This document shows positions 38,931 to 49,213 of a stretch of DNA of 64,000 nucleotides, piece after piece. Position 1 is the stretch's first letter, and every line of letters begins with the position of its first letter. The position numbers and the translations under genes are program-made. Below the pieces are notes generated by a model that worked only from the letters and a program-made list of their open reading frames with translations, was not told where the DNA came from and searched no databases. Origin of the DNA: an uncultured Erythrobacter sp. (GTDB lineage: Bacteria; Pseudomonadota; Alphaproteobacteria; Sphingomonadales; Sphingomonadaceae); NCBI GenBank assembly GCA_947498065.1, contig CANMIS010000003.1, positions 336,739 through 400,738 on the forward strand. The letters are read 5' to 3'.

Positions 38931-39676
38931 CGCCAGCCAGTTAGGGTTAGCAGTTCGAAGGTCTCGGTGACGCGGCCTTCGCTGTCTTTCATCGCTTCGA
39001 ATGCGTCATGCGCGCGGGCGAGGGCACCGCGCATCAATGGCGGCGGCGCATCGGCCAGCACGTTGGTAAGCGCCTGTTCGCGCAGGTCAGCGATCAAGCG
39101 TTCTAGGCTCCGATAGCTGACCTCTACTGTGTGGCTATCAACGACCTGGCGTTTGAAGCCCGCTCGTTCGAGCAGGCCAGTCGCCGCGCGGCTGTCGATC
39201 TGAGGGTGGATGCGTGCAGCCGGACGGTCTGTGTCTGCTGTCATCATAATCTGGCGCAGCGCGGGAAGGCTGCCCGCACCGATCATCTGCGCAAACATGA
39301 TACCGCCGTCCGCCAAGGCATTGCGATAATGCAGCAGCGCGCCGGGTAGATCGTTGACCGTGTCGAGCCGGTTTAAACTGACGATCAGATCAAGCTCTGT
39401 CAGGCCGCTCGGTTGCTCCTCATCATGGGATGGCAGGGCAGTGAGATCAGCACCCAATCGGCGCAAATCGGTGGAAAGCTCGCCCGTGACCTCGCCGATT
39501 ACCAGTGCGCGCGATGGCTCAAGCCGCATAAAGCCAATGCGCTCGATGCAGTCCTGCTCCAGCTCTTCTGCTAGCCAGCGCGCCGCCCCATCAGCCTGCG
39601 CCAATCGGGAAGCGCGCGCTGCTCTCGCTTCGCGACGTGCTTTGGAAAAGATCGTTGGAACTTGGCGTGTCTGCAT
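38927..39676 (-). CDS. SAM-dependent methyltransferase family protein
   Basis: The internal ATG 39676 (MQTRQVPTIFSKARREARAARASR...) fits homolog N-termini as I recall them. ALADGGIMF looks like a methyltransferase post-motif. Converges on the ppdK stop (4-nt overlap). Confidence 0.65.
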   Translation of the reverse strand: MQTRQVPTIFSKARREARAARASRLAQADGAARWLAEELEQDCIERIGFMRLEPSRALVIGEVTGELSTDLRRLGADLTALPSHDEEQPSGLTELDLIVSLNRLDTVNDLPGALLHYRNALADGGIMFAQMIGAGSLPALRQIMMTADTDRPAARIHPQIDSRAATGLLERAGFKRQVVDSHTVEVSYRSLERLIADLREQALTNVLADAPPPLMRGALARAHDAFEAMKDSEGRVTETFELLTLTGWR

Positions 39677-39734
39677 AATCGGCGCTGCCCTGCCGTGCTT
39701 GCCACCGCAGTGCAAGCCATGCGACAGTTTGCGC

Positions 39735-40529
39735 ATGGGTTTGGGTGCGCATATCGCCGAAGGGCTGAAGCCTGTCGTGGACTTAGTCTATCCGCCGCGC
39801 TGCCCGCTATGCGGCGATGCGACCGCCGATCAGGGCGGCGTTTGCAGCGCGTGCTGGGGCGATCTGGTCATTCCGGGCGAGCCCTCCTGCAATTCCTGCG
39901 GCAGGCCGTTCGGCTCTGATCAGTTGAAAGACGAAGCGCTGTGCGCGCCGTGCATGGCTGACCCGCCCAAGCATTCCGGCATTGTCGCGGCCACGGTCTA
40001 TAACGATGCCTCGCGCAAGCTGATCCTGACCTTCAAGCATGGCGGCAAGATCTCGCTCGCTGGCCTGCTCGGCCGATTGCTGGCAGCACGGCTTCCCGAT
40101 CCGGAGGAGGAGGGCGATGCGCCGCCACTATTGATCCCGGTCCCATTGCATCGCTGGCGCCTGTGGCAACGCGGCTTCAACCAGTCGGGGCTCCTTGCCA
40201 AGGAGCTGGCGAAGCGAGGTAAGGGCGAAGTGCTTGTCGATGGTTTGGTCCGGCGAAAACGCACGCCAAGCCTAGGAGGCCTTGGTGCTAAGGAACGGCG
40301 CAAGACCTTGTCTGGTGCGATTGCGACTCGGGAGTCGCGCAAAGCGGCGATCAAGGGGCGCGATGTAATCTTGGTCGATGATGTTCTCACCAGCGGAGCG
40401 ACGAGCGATGCCTGCGTCAGCGTGCTGCTGAGAGTAGGCGCTCGGTCGGTCACGATTGCGTGCTTTGCGCGCGTCGTAGACAGCGAGTTTGACGCGTCGC
40501 TCCACCGCATGAACGCGGCTGAAACATAA
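39735..40529 (+). CDS. comF: ComF family protein (phosphoribosyltransferase domain)
   Basis: Zinc-finger-like PPRCPLCGD...CSACW...CNSCGRPF...CAPC and PRTase motif VILVDDVLTSGAT. ATG 39735 is preferred over the long track ORF starting at 39354. Confidence 0.85.
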   Translation: MGLGAHIAEGLKPVVDLVYPPRCPLCGDATADQGGVCSACWGDLVIPGEPSCNSCGRPFGSDQLKDEALCAPCMADPPKHSGIVAATVYNDASRKLILTFKHGGKISLAGLLGRLLAARLPDPEEEGDAPPLLIPVPLHRWRLWQRGFNQSGLLAKELAKRGKGEVLVDGLVRRKRTPSLGGLGAKERRKTLSGAIATRESRKAAIKGRDVILVDDVLTSGATSDACVSVLLRVGARSVTIACFARVVDSEFDASLHRMNAAET

Positions 40530-40552
40530 GAAAAAGAAGCCGGAAAACACAA

Positions 40553-40579
40553 CGCCCGAGGCCATTACGACCCCGGGCG
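40553..40579 (-). terminator. Orphan Rho-independent-type terminator oriented for a minus-strand transcript
   Basis: Stem CGCCCGaGG / CCcCGGGCG (8 bp plus one mismatch, 9-nt loop). On the minus strand it is followed by TTGTGTTTTCCGGCTTCTTTTT. On the plus strand it is followed by an A-rich tract, so it is not oriented for comF. Confidence 0.45.
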
Positions 40580-40907
40580 CCACGTGACGAAAAAATACGG
40601 ACCCGCTCTTAAAGAGCTCAGGCAGCCACCCCCTAACTTGGCTACCAGGATCCAATCCCTCATCGTTCGAACTGTCTCTCGCCAACACCCCGCGGCCGGC
40701 GAAGAAACAGTCACCCCCTGAACCTGGCATTCTTAAGACGCCGGTATCCGGTGGACAGACCCGCAAAGGCCTGCTGCGAAGCTTTGTCTCATTGGAGTCT
40801 TAATTCGCAAAGGTCGAAACCGTTGCCTGGTGGATTTTGCGTAGGCTCTGTGGTTATCGTGCAACAAGCCATCGCATTAGCGGCCCCATTCACCGAAGGA
40901 TTAACCA

Positions 40908-41306
40908 TTGAACAACAGTTTTGGCGGCGGCGACGCAGCGGAAAAGCGGAACCACGAGCAGGGTAGCGAGCTGCTGCCGAAGTTTGATGATCGCGGTTTG
41001 TTAAGCGCTGTGGTTACCGATTCGGGCACCGGTGAGGTCCTGATGGTTGCCTTCATGAACGCTGAGGCTTTGCAAAAAACGATTGAGACCAGCCGCGCAC
41101 ATTTTTGGTCGCGCTCGCGCCAAAGCCTTTGGATGAAGGGCGAAAGCTCCGGCAATGTCTTGGAGGTGCAAGAGATGCTGGTGGACTGCGATCAGGATGC
41201 AATTGTGCTGAAGGTTAAGCCAGCCGGGCCGACTTGCCATACGGGCGCGCGCAGCTGTTTCTACCGCCGCATAGAGGGCGGGGAATTGGTCGATGCCTCT
41301 CGTTAA
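40908..41306 (+). CDS. hisI: Phosphoribosyl-AMP cyclohydrolase
   Basis: [54 protein letters not shown]...[11 protein letters not shown]...GPTCHTG. GAAGGA RBS lies 7 nt upstream of TTG 40908. Confidence 0.92.
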   Translation: MNNSFGGGDAAEKRNHEQGSELLPKFDDRGLLSAVVTDSGTGEVLMVAFMNAEALQKTIETSRAHFWSRSRQSLWMKGESSGNVLEVQEMLVDCDQDAIVLKVKPAGPTCHTGARSCFYRRIEGGELVDASR

Positions 41307-41314
41307 GGTCAATA

Positions 41315-41332
41315 CTTGACGCTCACGTAAAG
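41315..41332. promoter_or_regulatory. Imperfect 18-bp palindrome CTTGACGCTCACGTAAAG, candidate MerR/LiuR-type operator
   Basis: 12 of 18 positions are symmetric (CTTnACG-N4-CGTnAAG). It lies 20 nt upstream of the MerR-family gene start and contains a TTGACG -35-like hexamer. Confidence 0.4.
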
Positions 41333-41351
41333 GTAAGGTAAGTCATGGCGC

Positions 41352-41822
41352 ATGGCTACAGCACACGCACAATCATCTTCCCGTAAGGCCGATGTTTCGG
41401 ACGAAACAGGCCAGCGCCGCAATGGCGCGCATCTCGACCGCCCGGACAAGCACGAGCGCGAACAGTTCTCGATCTCTGATCTGACCAGCGAATTTGAATG
41501 CACTGCACGCGCGCTGCGCTTTTATGAAGATGAGGGGCTTATCTCTCCTGCACGCGTTGGTCTGACCCGCGTCTATTCAAAACGCGACCGGGCACGACTT
41601 GCCTGGATCATGCGGGCAAAGAACGTCGGTTTCAGTCTGACCGAGATTCGCGAGATGATTGATCTCTACGATCTCGACGATGGGCGCGTTGAACAGCGCC
41701 GTGTCACGATCGAGAAGTGCCGCACGCATATTGCCAAGCTGAAAAGCCAGAGGGCCGACATCGATTCATCGATCAAGGAACTCACCGATTTTGTGGCTGA
41801 GATCGAAAAGCTCGATCTTTGA
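41352..41822 (+). CDS. MerR family transcriptional regulator (LiuR-like, acyl-CoA catabolism type)
   Basis: FSISDLTSEFECTARALRFYEDEGLISPARVGLTRVYSKRDRARLAWIMRAKNVGFSLTEIREMI. Located directly upstream of an acyl-CoA dehydrogenase gene. Confidence 0.85.
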   Translation: MATAHAQSSSRKADVSDETGQRRNGAHLDRPDKHEREQFSISDLTSEFECTARALRFYEDEGLISPARVGLTRVYSKRDRARLAWIMRAKNVGFSLTEIREMIDLYDLDDGRVEQRRVTIEKCRTHIAKLKSQRADIDSSIKELTDFVAEIEKLDL

Positions 41823-41868
41823 CCGCCTAACCCCCTGAATACTCAACACTCCACTAAGGGATCTAGTG

Positions 41869-43674
41869 ATGCCAACATACACCGCTCCAACCCGCGAAAC
41901 CCGCTTCATCATCAGCGAAATGCTCGACTTGGCGAGCTACGGCAATCTGCCGGGCTTTGAGAATGCAACACCTGACATGATCGATACGGTCGTGAATGAA
42001 GCTGGCAAATTCTGCTCAGAAGTTCTCGCCCCGCTCAACCAGATTGGTGACGAACAAGGCTGCACCCGCCACGAAGACGGCTCTGTGACCACGCCGGATG
42101 GCTTCAAAGAAGCCTATGAGGCACTGGTTGAGAGTGGTTGGACGACTTTGACCGGGCCGGAGGAGTTTGGCGGTCAGGATCTGCCGCACGTTCTTGGCTT
42201 TGCGTTTGAAGAATATATTGGCACCGCGAACCAGGCGTTTGCGATGTATCCCGGCCTCACCGGCGGCGCGACCGCAGCCTTGCTGGCTGCTGGCAGCCAA
42301 GAGCAGAAAGAAATGTACGCGCCTAAGATGATCTCTGGCGAATGGTCCGGCACCATGAACCTGACAGAGCCGCATTGCGGCACCGATCTTGGCATGATCC
42401 GCACGAAGGCTGAACCGAAGGGCGATGGCTCTTACGCGATCACCGGCACCAAGATTTTCATCTCAGCAGGCGAGCACGATCTCACCAGCAACATCATTCA
42501 CCTGGTTCTGGCGAAGACACCGGGCGCACCGGATAGCTCCAAGGGCATTTCGCTGTTCGTGGTTCCCAAGTTCATCGTTGACGAAAACGGCGAACCTGGC
42601 GAGCGAAATGGCGTATCTTGTGGCTCAATCGAGAAGAAGATGGGCATTCACGGCAACGCGACCTGCGTCCTAAACTATGACGGCGCGACCGGTTGGATGC
42701 TGGGCGAAGAGAACAAGGGTCTCGCCGCCATGTTCGTCATGATGAACGCAGCGCGCCTCGGCGTTGGTATGCAGGGCCTCGCGCAAGCAGAAGTCGCCTA
42801 CCAGAACGCCGTCACCTATGCTCTTGATCGCCGTCAGGGCCGGGCCTTGACCGGTCCAGCAGACACCGACGCTCAGGCTGATCCGATCTTTGTCCACCCG
42901 GACGTTCGCCGGATGCTGATGGACGCGAAAGTGTTCAACGAGAGCATGCGCGCACTGTGCCTGTGGGGCGCATTGCAGGTGGACCTCACGCATAAGGCGC
43001 AGACCGAGGAAGAGCGCCAGCTCGCGGATGACCTCATCGGACTGATGACCCCTGTCATCAAAGGCTACGGCACGGACAAGGGCTATGACATCGCCAATAA
43101 CATGCAACAGGTTTACGGCGGCCATGGCTACGTCACCGAGTGGGGCATGGAGCAATTTGTCCGCGATAGCCGGATTGCGATGATCTACGAAGGCACCAAC
43201 GGCGTGCAGGCAATGGACCTTTGCGGCCGTAAGCTCGCATCAAAGGGTGGCCGCGCAGTTCAAGCCTTCTTCGCGATGATCGATGAAGAGATCGCCTCTG
43301 CGAAAGACACGCCTGAACTGGCTGATGTCGCGACCAAGCTTGAAAAGGCGCTGGGCGAACAGAAAGCCGCGACCATGTGGTTCATGCAAAACGCCATGGC
43401 GAACCCGAACCACCTCGGCGCAGGCGCGCATCACTACATGCACATCATGGGCATTGTGACGCTCGGCTTTATGTGGCTGAAAATGGGTAAGACTGCGCTT
43501 AAGCAACTGGCAACGGACACTGAAGACCGCGCGTTCTACGAAGCCAAGCTGACCTCAGCGGCTTACTATGCCGAACGCTTCCTGCCAGATGCGGGCGCGC
43601 TGCGCCGCAAGCTCGAAGCTGGCTCTGACAATATGATGAAACTGTCAGCAGACGCGTTCGCCACAGCGGCGTAA
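41869..43674 (+). CDS. Long-form acyl-CoA dehydrogenase (about 600 aa, with C-terminal extension domain)
   Basis: ACAD N, middle and C domains ([12 protein letters not shown]; [17 protein letters not shown]; [13 protein letters not shown]). AAGGGA RBS lies 7 nt upstream of ATG 41869. Confidence 0.9.
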   Translation: MPTYTAPTRETRFIISEMLDLASYGNLPGFENATPDMIDTVVNEAGKFCSEVLAPLNQIGDEQGCTRHEDGSVTTPDGFKEAYEALVESGWTTLTGPEEFGGQDLPHVLGFAFEEYIGTANQAFAMYPGLTGGATAALLAAGSQEQKEMYAPKMISGEWSGTMNLTEPHCGTDLGMIRTKAEPKGDGSYAITGTKIFISAGEHDLTSNIIHLVLAKTPGAPDSSKGISLFVVPKFIVDENGEPGERNGVSCGSIEKKMGIHGNATCVLNYDGATGWMLGEENKGLAAMFVMMNAARLGVGMQGLAQAEVAYQNAVTYALDRRQGRALTGPADTDAQADPIFVHPDVRRMLMDAKVFNESMRALCLWGALQVDLTHKAQTEEERQLADDLIGLMTPVIKGYGTDKGYDIANNMQQVYGGHGYVTEWGMEQFVRDSRIAMIYEGTNGVQAMDLCGRKLASKGGRAVQAFFAMIDEEIASAKDTPELADVATKLEKALGEQKAATMWFMQNAMANPNHLGAGAHHYMHIMGIVTLGFMWLKMGKTALKQLATDTEDRAFYEAKLTSAAYYAERFLPDAGALRRKLEAGSDNMMKLSADAFATAA

Positions 43675-43696
43675 CGCCAAATATCATCGTCACGTG

Positions 43697-43731
43697 AAAA
43701 GGCCCGGGAGCGCAAACTCCCGGGCCTTTTT
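43697..43731. terminator. Bidirectional Rho-independent terminator
   Basis: AAAA-GGCCCGGGAG-cgcaaa-CTCCCGGGCC-TTTTT. Perfect 10-bp stem flanked by A- and T-tracts, between the convergent acyl-CoA dehydrogenase gene and the MFS-cysK-small gene operon. Confidence 0.9.
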
Positions 43732-43751
43732 CGTGTCACAATGGCCAGACC

Positions 43752-43937
43752 CTAATTGGAACTTGCCCCGGCCATAATTTTCTCGGCCACTTCCTCAATC
43801 GAACCGGTGACGAGCAGCGGGCTGCCCCCGACCATTCCGACATTGGTTTGGCCATTTTCGCCGGTGCGGAGCCAGGCGATGTTGTCTGCCACCACCATGT
43901 AATTTCCGCCGCGCGATTCAAGTAGAATGAATTTCAT
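43752..43937 (-). CDS. 61-aa protein with an FlbD/SwrD-like sequence pattern
   Basis: MKFILLESRGGNYMVVADNIAWLRTGENGQTNVGMVGGSPLLVTGSIEEVAEKIM resembles the FlbD pattern (I.L.r.nG....vN...I..ie.....T.i.l..G....V.eS..EV..KI). This rests on my recall of that family, not a search. Confidence 0.5.
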   Translation of the reverse strand: MKFILLESRGGNYMVVADNIAWLRTGENGQTNVGMVGGSPLLVTGSIEEVAEKIMAGASSN

Positions 43938-44013
43938 ATCAGTATCTCCAGACCTCGCTTGTAGTGAAGCGATAAGGTCAAGATCAGATTAAACTCGCGG
44001 CCTGAATCGGGCG

Positions 44014-44934
44014 TTATTCCACCGGGAGGAAGTCGGGCACGGAGAGATAGCGCTCGCCCGTATCATAGTTAAAGCCGAGCACGCGTGTGCCTGCATCCAG
44101 CTCTGGCAGCTTCTTGGCAATCGCAGCCAATGTTGCGCCGCTTGAGATCCCGATCAGCATGCCTTCTTCAGAGGCTGCGCGGCGAGCCATTTCGCGGGCA
44201 TCCTCTGCGTCCACTGGGATTGCGCCATCGATGGCGTCAGTGTGAAGGTTGCCTGGGATGAAGCCTGCACCAATACCTTGGATCGGGTGCGGTCCGGGTT
44301 GGCCGCCGTTGATCACGGGGGAAAGCTCCGGCTCAACGCCATACGCCTTGAAACCGCTCCAGTTCTTTTTGAGCTCTTCAGCGCAGCCGGTCAGGTGGCC
44401 GCCTGTGCCGACGCCGGTGATCATCACGTCAATCGGTGTGTCGGCGAAATCGGCGAGGATTTCCTTCGCTGTGGTGCGCGCGTGGACCGCAACATTGGCC
44501 GGGTTCTCAAACTGCGAAGGCATCCAAGCGCCATCGGTGCTCTCGACAATTTCGGTCGCGCGCTCAATCGCGCCCTTCATGCCCTTTTCTTTGGGCGTGA
44601 GGTCAAACGTAGCTCCATAGGCGAGCATCAGGCGGCGGCGCTCGATTGACATGCTTTCCGGCATGACGAGCACCAGCTTATAGCCCTTGACCGCTGCGAC
44701 CATTGCAAGGCCAATGCCGGTGTTGCCGCTGGTCGGCTCAACGATTGTGCCGCCCGGTGCGAGATTGCCTGATTGCTCGGCGTCTTCGACCATGGCGAGG
44801 GCGATGCGATCCTTGATCGAGCCGCCGGGATTGCTGCGCTCTGATTTCAGCCACACTTCATGATTGGGGAACAATCGCGACAGGCGAATATGCGGGGTGT
44901 TGCCAATCGTCTCGAGGATGTTTGCAGCTTTCAT
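44014..44934 (-). CDS. cysK: Cysteine synthase A (O-acetylserine sulfhydrylase)
   Basis: [11 protein letters not shown] (PLP lysine), [10 protein letters not shown] and [10 protein letters not shown]. Confidence 0.95.
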   Translation of the reverse strand: MKAANILETIGNTPHIRLSRLFPNHEVWLKSERSNPGGSIKDRIALAMVEDAEQSGNLAPGGTIVEPTSGNTGIGLAMVAAVKGYKLVLVMPESMSIERRRLMLAYGATFDLTPKEKGMKGAIERATEIVESTDGAWMPSQFENPANVAVHARTTAKEILADFADTPIDVMITGVGTGGHLTGCAEELKKNWSGFKAYGVEPELSPVINGGQPGPHPIQGIGAGFIPGNLHTDAIDGAIPVDAEDAREMARRAASEEGMLIGISSGATLAAIAKKLPELDAGTRVLGFNYDTGERYLSVPDFLPVE

Positions 44935-44935
44935 C

Positions 44936-46249
44936 TCAGGCCTCCTGATGGTTTTCCTTGGGGGATTTTGTGTCTGACGGTGTGTCTAGCATGTCTTTTG
45001 GCGGATCGAAGCTCTTAGTCATCCGCAACACAGGGAATATTCGGCTCCACAGCCCGACGGTTACAATCGCGCCAATTCCGCCGGCCACAACGGCGGCAAC
45101 TGGTCCAACGGCGCTGGCGAGAAAACCGGAGAACGCGTCTCCCCCTTCGTTCGAGGCGCTGATCGTGAGCAGCGAGGCGGAGGACACCCGCCCGCGCTTA
45201 TCATCGGGCGTGTGCAGCTGGATCAGCGATTGGCGGATATAGACGCTGAACATGTCCGCTGCGCCCACAATCACGAGCATCGCGAGGCTCAGCGGCATCG
45301 AAGTGGATAGTCCGAAGACAATCGTCGCGAGGCCGAACACTGCGACGGCCCAAAGCATTTTGGGGCCAACATTGGTTTTGAGCGGCCGGAATGAGAACCA
45401 CAGGGCCGTAACCGCTGCGCCGACCGCAGGTGCCGCGGCGAGGAAGCCTAACCCAACTTCTCCAGCGTTCAGGATATCACGTGCATAGACCGGGAAGAGC
45501 GCGGTTGCTCCTGCAAGGAACACGGCGAACAGATCAAGTGTGATCGCGCCAAGGACCATCTTATTGCGGACAACGTAAGACACACCATCGATGATCGCGC
45601 CGATTGGCCGCTGGTCCTTGCGGGTCGCTGGTTGAGGCACTTTCCCAATGATAGACAGCGCGATCAGCGAGACAGCGAACAAGGCGCAGGCGGCGAAATA
45701 GGGAAGGGCAGGCCCCGCGCGGTACAGCACCCCACCAATCGCCGGACCGATGATCATGCCGACCTGCCAAGCGATGGATGACAAAGCGATTGCCGTGGGC
45801 AGCAGCGCCTTTGGCACAAGATTGGGAGCCAGCGCTGAGAGAGCTGGCCCAGCAAATCCCCGCGCAATGCCCAATAGGACAGCTATCGAGAACAGAACTG
45901 GGAGCGTGATCGCGCCGCTCCACGTGAACCAGGCGAGGGCGGCGGCGCAGGCAAATTGCAACAGTACGGTCAACTGCCCGAGGCGGCGCCTATCAAACCG
46001 ATCCGCTGCAAGACCCGTAAACGGTGTCAGCACGAATAGCGGCAAGAACTGGAACAGGCCGATAAGCGCAAGCTGGCCGGAGGCCTCAGCAATGCTCATC
46101 CCGCCGTCGCGCGCGATATTGTAGGTCTGCCAGCCAATGATCAGCAGCATGGCGTATTGCGCCAGCGTCATCGCAAAGCGGCTGACCCAATAGGCGCGGA
46201 AATTGTGGACCCGAAACGGGTGGCTGGGGATTTGATCAGTGTCGCTCAC
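44936..46249 (-). CDS. MFS transporter
   Basis: 12-TM profile, with the MFS loop motif [12 protein letters not shown]. Its stop lies 1 nt from the cysK start. Confidence 0.85.
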   Translation of the reverse strand: MSDTDQIPSHPFRVHNFRAYWVSRFAMTLAQYAMLLIIGWQTYNIARDGGMSIAEASGQLALIGLFQFLPLFVLTPFTGLAADRFDRRRLGQLTVLLQFACAAALAWFTWSGAITLPVLFSIAVLLGIARGFAGPALSALAPNLVPKALLPTAIALSSIAWQVGMIIGPAIGGVLYRAGPALPYFAACALFAVSLIALSIIGKVPQPATRKDQRPIGAIIDGVSYVVRNKMVLGAITLDLFAVFLAGATALFPVYARDILNAGEVGLGFLAAAPAVGAAVTALWFSFRPLKTNVGPKMLWAVAVFGLATIVFGLSTSMPLSLAMLVIVGAADMFSVYIRQSLIQLHTPDDKRGRVSSASLLTISASNEGGDAFSGFLASAVGPVAAVVAGGIGAIVTVGLWSRIFPVLRMTKSFDPPKDMLDTPSDTKSPKENHQEA

Positions 46250-46340
46250 GCATGGCCAATGGCAGGCGCTTCGTGGTCTGCCAAGGTGCGAGAGCTAATT
46301 GTTGCAGCGCCGACCGGTCAAACGGACCGACTGCGAAGAG

Positions 46341-46682
46341 CTAGCGCTTGCGGCGCAGACGCGGATTGGGCTGAAGCGCGTCAATGATATCGACAAAATC
46401 GTCGATCCGAATGATACGCTCAAACTGAAAGCCTGCACGCTCTTCATGGATCCAGATCAAATAGGCTTCGATCCGGCCAACGATAGGCAGGCGGATGATC
46501 ACGCGATCACCGCGCTTGAGATTGCCGCTCGCATCGTCGACCATAAAGCCGTGCGCAGACAGATTTGATACGTGTAATTCTAGGTCGCCGTGCGCAAAGT
46601 GCTCCACAATCACCGGGAAATCCACCGGGTGACGTGCAGCTCGACGCATATCAGTGACGCTCAGATTCGCTCCGGCTGACAC
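46341..46682 (-). CDS. Stand-alone PilZ domain protein (c-di-GMP receptor candidate)
   Basis: RRAARHP (RxxxR) and NLSAHG ((D/N)xSxxG) at appropriate spacing. 113 aa. Confidence 0.8.
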   Translation of the reverse strand: MSAGANLSVTDMRRAARHPVDFPVIVEHFAHGDLELHVSNLSAHGFMVDDASGNLKRGDRVIIRLPIVGRIEAYLIWIHEERAGFQFERIIRIDDFVDIIDALQPNPRLRRKR

Positions 46683-46795
46683 AGTTCTCGACCCTCCATT
46701 ATTGTCCGAGTGACAACTCTAATGGATCGAAAAGGCTGATAATTGGTAAAGCTGGCGAAATAGAGCGGTATTTAGACCTGCCGCGAAGGCGGGAA

Positions 46796-48025
46796 TTAGC
46801 GGGTAATCAGCCCGTGCTTCTTCTTCCCAAGGCTCAGTTTGAGTGTCTCGCCATCCGCTGGCGCTACAAGAAAACCGGGCTCTGTGATTGCCGTGGCATC
46901 GATCTTTACTGCGCCCTCGGCGATCTTGCGTTTCGCCTCGCCATTCGATGCAGTGAAGCCGATTTCGGTCAGTACCGCGCCGATCCGCATGCCGTCTGCG
47001 CCGACCGCCAATGATGGCAAGTCTTCGCCTGCGCCGCCGCCGGCAAAGGTCTCCTTTGCAGTTGCTTCGGCCGCTTTGGCTGCCTCATCGCCGCGCACCA
47101 GCTTGGTCACTTCGTTTGCGAGCACGATCTTGGCATCGTTAATCTCTGCACCTTCGAGCGCTTCGAGCTTGGCGATCTCGTCTAGCGGCAGGTCGGTGAA
47201 CAATTTTAAGAATCGGCCCACGTCGCGGTCATCGCAATTGCGCCAATATTGCCAGAAATCATAGGCGGGCAATTGATCATCGTTGAGCCAAACGGCGCCC
47301 GATGCGGTCTTACCCATCTTTGCGCCATCCGCCGTGGTCAGCAGCGGCGTTGTCAGGCCGTAGAGCTCGCGGCCCTCCATCCGGCGCGACAATTCCATGC
47401 CGTTGACGATATTGCCCCATTGATCGCTGCCGCCCATTTGCAGGCGGCATTCGTAGCGGCGCGCAAGCTCCAGGAAGTCATAGGCCTGAAGGATCATGTA
47501 ATTGAATTCGAGGAAGGTAAGCGGCTGCTCTCGGTCTAGGCGCAGGCGTACCGAATCGAAGGTCAGCATCCGGTTGACCGTGAAGTGCGGCCCGACATCG
47601 CGCAGCAATTCGACATAACCGAGCTTTGACAGCCACTCGTCATTGTCGACCATCACCGCATCGCTTGGCCCGTCGCCGAATGTCAGCAAACGCTCAAACA
47701 CCGTGCGGATTGAGGCGATATTGTCCTGAATCGCATCCCCGGTCAGCAGCTTGCGGCTTTCATCCTTACCAGAAGGGTCGCCGACCTTTGTTGTGCCACC
47801 GCCCATCACAACAATCGGCTTGTGACCGGTCTGTTGCAGACGGCGCAGCATCATGATCTGGACCAGGCTGCCCACATGCAGACTGGGCGCGGTCGCATCA
47901 AAGCCGATATATCCCGGCACAACCTGCTTAGCTGCGAGCTGATCGAGCGCGCCGCTGTCGGTGACTTGGTGGATGTAGCCGCGTTCATCGAGCAGCTGGA
48001 GCAGATCAGATTCGTATGCTTTCAT
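46796..48025 (-). CDS. tyrS: Tyrosine--tRNA ligase
   Basis: [14 protein letters not shown] (HIGH-type), KMGKTASG (KMSKS-type) and a C-terminal S4-like domain. Confidence 0.97.
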   Translation of the reverse strand: MKAYESDLLQLLDERGYIHQVTDSGALDQLAAKQVVPGYIGFDATAPSLHVGSLVQIMMLRRLQQTGHKPIVVMGGGTTKVGDPSGKDESRKLLTGDAIQDNIASIRTVFERLLTFGDGPSDAVMVDNDEWLSKLGYVELLRDVGPHFTVNRMLTFDSVRLRLDREQPLTFLEFNYMILQAYDFLELARRYECRLQMGGSDQWGNIVNGMELSRRMEGRELYGLTTPLLTTADGAKMGKTASGAVWLNDDQLPAYDFWQYWRNCDDRDVGRFLKLFTDLPLDEIAKLEALEGAEINDAKIVLANEVTKLVRGDEAAKAAEATAKETFAGGGAGEDLPSLAVGADGMRIGAVLTEIGFTASNGEAKRKIAEGAVKIDATAITEPGFLVAPADGETLKLSLGKKKHGLITR

Positions 48026-48112
48026 GATGGCGAGCGCTTAACAGTGTGCGAAGCGGCGGGAAAGTCATGAATAGCCATTGTCTGCCGCGCGCTGCTCAGC
48101 GATAGCCATCCC

Positions 48113-48628
48113 ATGCAACCACTTATGCTTCATCGGACATGCGATCTCGGGCCCATTAACGCGGTGACAGCGCAGATTGCGCCCACGGCGGTAGGCTGTG
48201 ATGCGGAGTTTCGCTTTGACGGGGCGATTGGCGGGATCAAAGTGCCTCAGCACGCCGGGCCAGAGCGCAAAGACTTCCTGTGGAAGACCACCTGCTTTGA
48301 GATTTTCTGGCAGCCGATTGGCGGCAAATATTACCGCGAGTTCAACCTCTCGCCCTCTTCACGTTGGGCGGCCTATGATTTTGACGACTTTCGCGAGGGC
48401 GCTCGCGATGCCCCGGTCGACGCGATTGCCATATCATGCTCGTATAGTGACAATGAGCTGGTGCTAAAGGCGAGCATTGCCGCCGAATTGCCCAGTCCTG
48501 CGCAGGTCGCACTCAACGCCATCGTTGAGCATGGTGACGGAGCAATCCAATATTGGGCGCTGGCATTCCCGCCGGGCAAGCCGGAGTTTCACAGCGAAGC
48601 CTGCCGACAATTGGTGATTGAGCGTTAG
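48113..48628 (+). CDS. Hypothetical protein, possibly a DOMON-like or carbohydrate-binding-like beta-sandwich
   Basis: 171 aa, divergent from tyrS. The family call rests on my recollection of similar annotations beside tyrS in related genomes and is weak. Confidence 0.45.
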   Translation: MQPLMLHRTCDLGPINAVTAQIAPTAVGCDAEFRFDGAIGGIKVPQHAGPERKDFLWKTTCFEIFWQPIGGKYYREFNLSPSSRWAAYDFDDFREGARDAPVDAIAISCSYSDNELVLKASIAAELPSPAQVALNAIVEHGDGAIQYWALAFPPGKPEFHSEACRQLVIER

Positions 48629-49119
48629 CTTTCCTGCACGGCGCCGCTGCCGAAGGGGCGGTTGAGCTGCACGATCTTCCAATTGAGGAACGCCGCAAAA
48701 GTCACCCACGCAAGATATGGCGCATTCAGCCAGCCTGCGAGCGCGGAGTAATTCGGCAAAACCAGCACCAGCGAAAGCACCGAAAGCCACAGAAAGGCGT
48801 TTTCAAAAAGAGCCCAATCGGGCCGCTTCGCTTTGAAAAACAGCGGCGACCAAGCAAGGTGCAGCGCGAAGTTCATTCCAAAAAGCCCGGCGATAATCCG
48901 CTGATCAGCGGGAGATGGGGCGTTGGTCCATGCGAGATACAGGCTCCAGGCGGACAGACCGAGGATGATTGTCCATGCGGGACCGAACAACCAATCCGGT
49001 GGCTGCCAGCTTGGCTTGTTAAGCTCGCGATACCACTCGCCAATTTCGGTCAGCAGGCCGCCCGCTCCGCCGAGAATGATCGCCCAAAGGGCCGCGATAA
49101 TAGCGAGGGTCCAGTCCAT
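48625..49119 (-). CDS. tspO: TspO/MBR family tryptophan-rich sensory protein
   Basis: WYRELNKPSWQPPDWLFGPAWTIILG, 5 TM helices, Trp-rich. Confidence 0.9.
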   Translation of the reverse strand: MDWTLAIIAALWAIILGGAGGLLTEIGEWYRELNKPSWQPPDWLFGPAWTIILGLSAWSLYLAWTNAPSPADQRIIAGLFGMNFALHLAWSPLFFKAKRPDWALFENAFLWLSVLSLVLVLPNYSALAGWLNAPYLAWVTFAAFLNWKIVQLNRPFGSGAVQES

Positions 49120-49213
49120 AAGCCGCTGCTATAACCACAATTGATCAAAGCGCACAAAATCTATGTGCAAAAGCGAGTTGCCTTTGCCGCGCGCCTGCCG
49201 CAAATCCGTGCCC

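Noticed and set aside
40795-40840. tmRNA-like motif on the minus strand in the comF-hisI gap. CCACCA is immediately followed by GGCAACGGTTTCGACCTTTGCGAA, which resembles the tmRNA 5' region (GGAUUCGAC...UUUGCGAA) and a CCA end.
   Set aside because: There is no GGGG acceptor 5' strand able to pair with the bases preceding ACCA. There is no T-arm (GGTTCGAATCC-type) and no tag reading frame ending in Ala-Ala-stop (no GCCAACGACAAC-type resume region). I treat it as chance similarity, although an Infernal scan should confirm this.
40530-40907. RNase P RNA, SRP (4.5S) RNA, 6S RNA or a cobalamin riboswitch as the identity of the 378-bp gap.
   Set aside because: The universally conserved RNase P P4 sequence (GAGGAAAGUCCGG) is absent on both strands, as are ACAGAACCCGGCUUA, the SRP GGAAG/AGCAGC domain IV motif and a B12 box. 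I cannot exclude 6S RNA by eye, but the usual genomic context is lacking.
40272-40966. ORFs 40272-40766 (minus, 164 aa) and 40751-40966 (plus, 71 aa) as protein genes filling the gap.
   Set aside because: The first runs antisense through 258 nt of comF, and the second overlaps the hisI start. Both have Arg/Ser/Gly-rich non-protein-like composition and no RBS.
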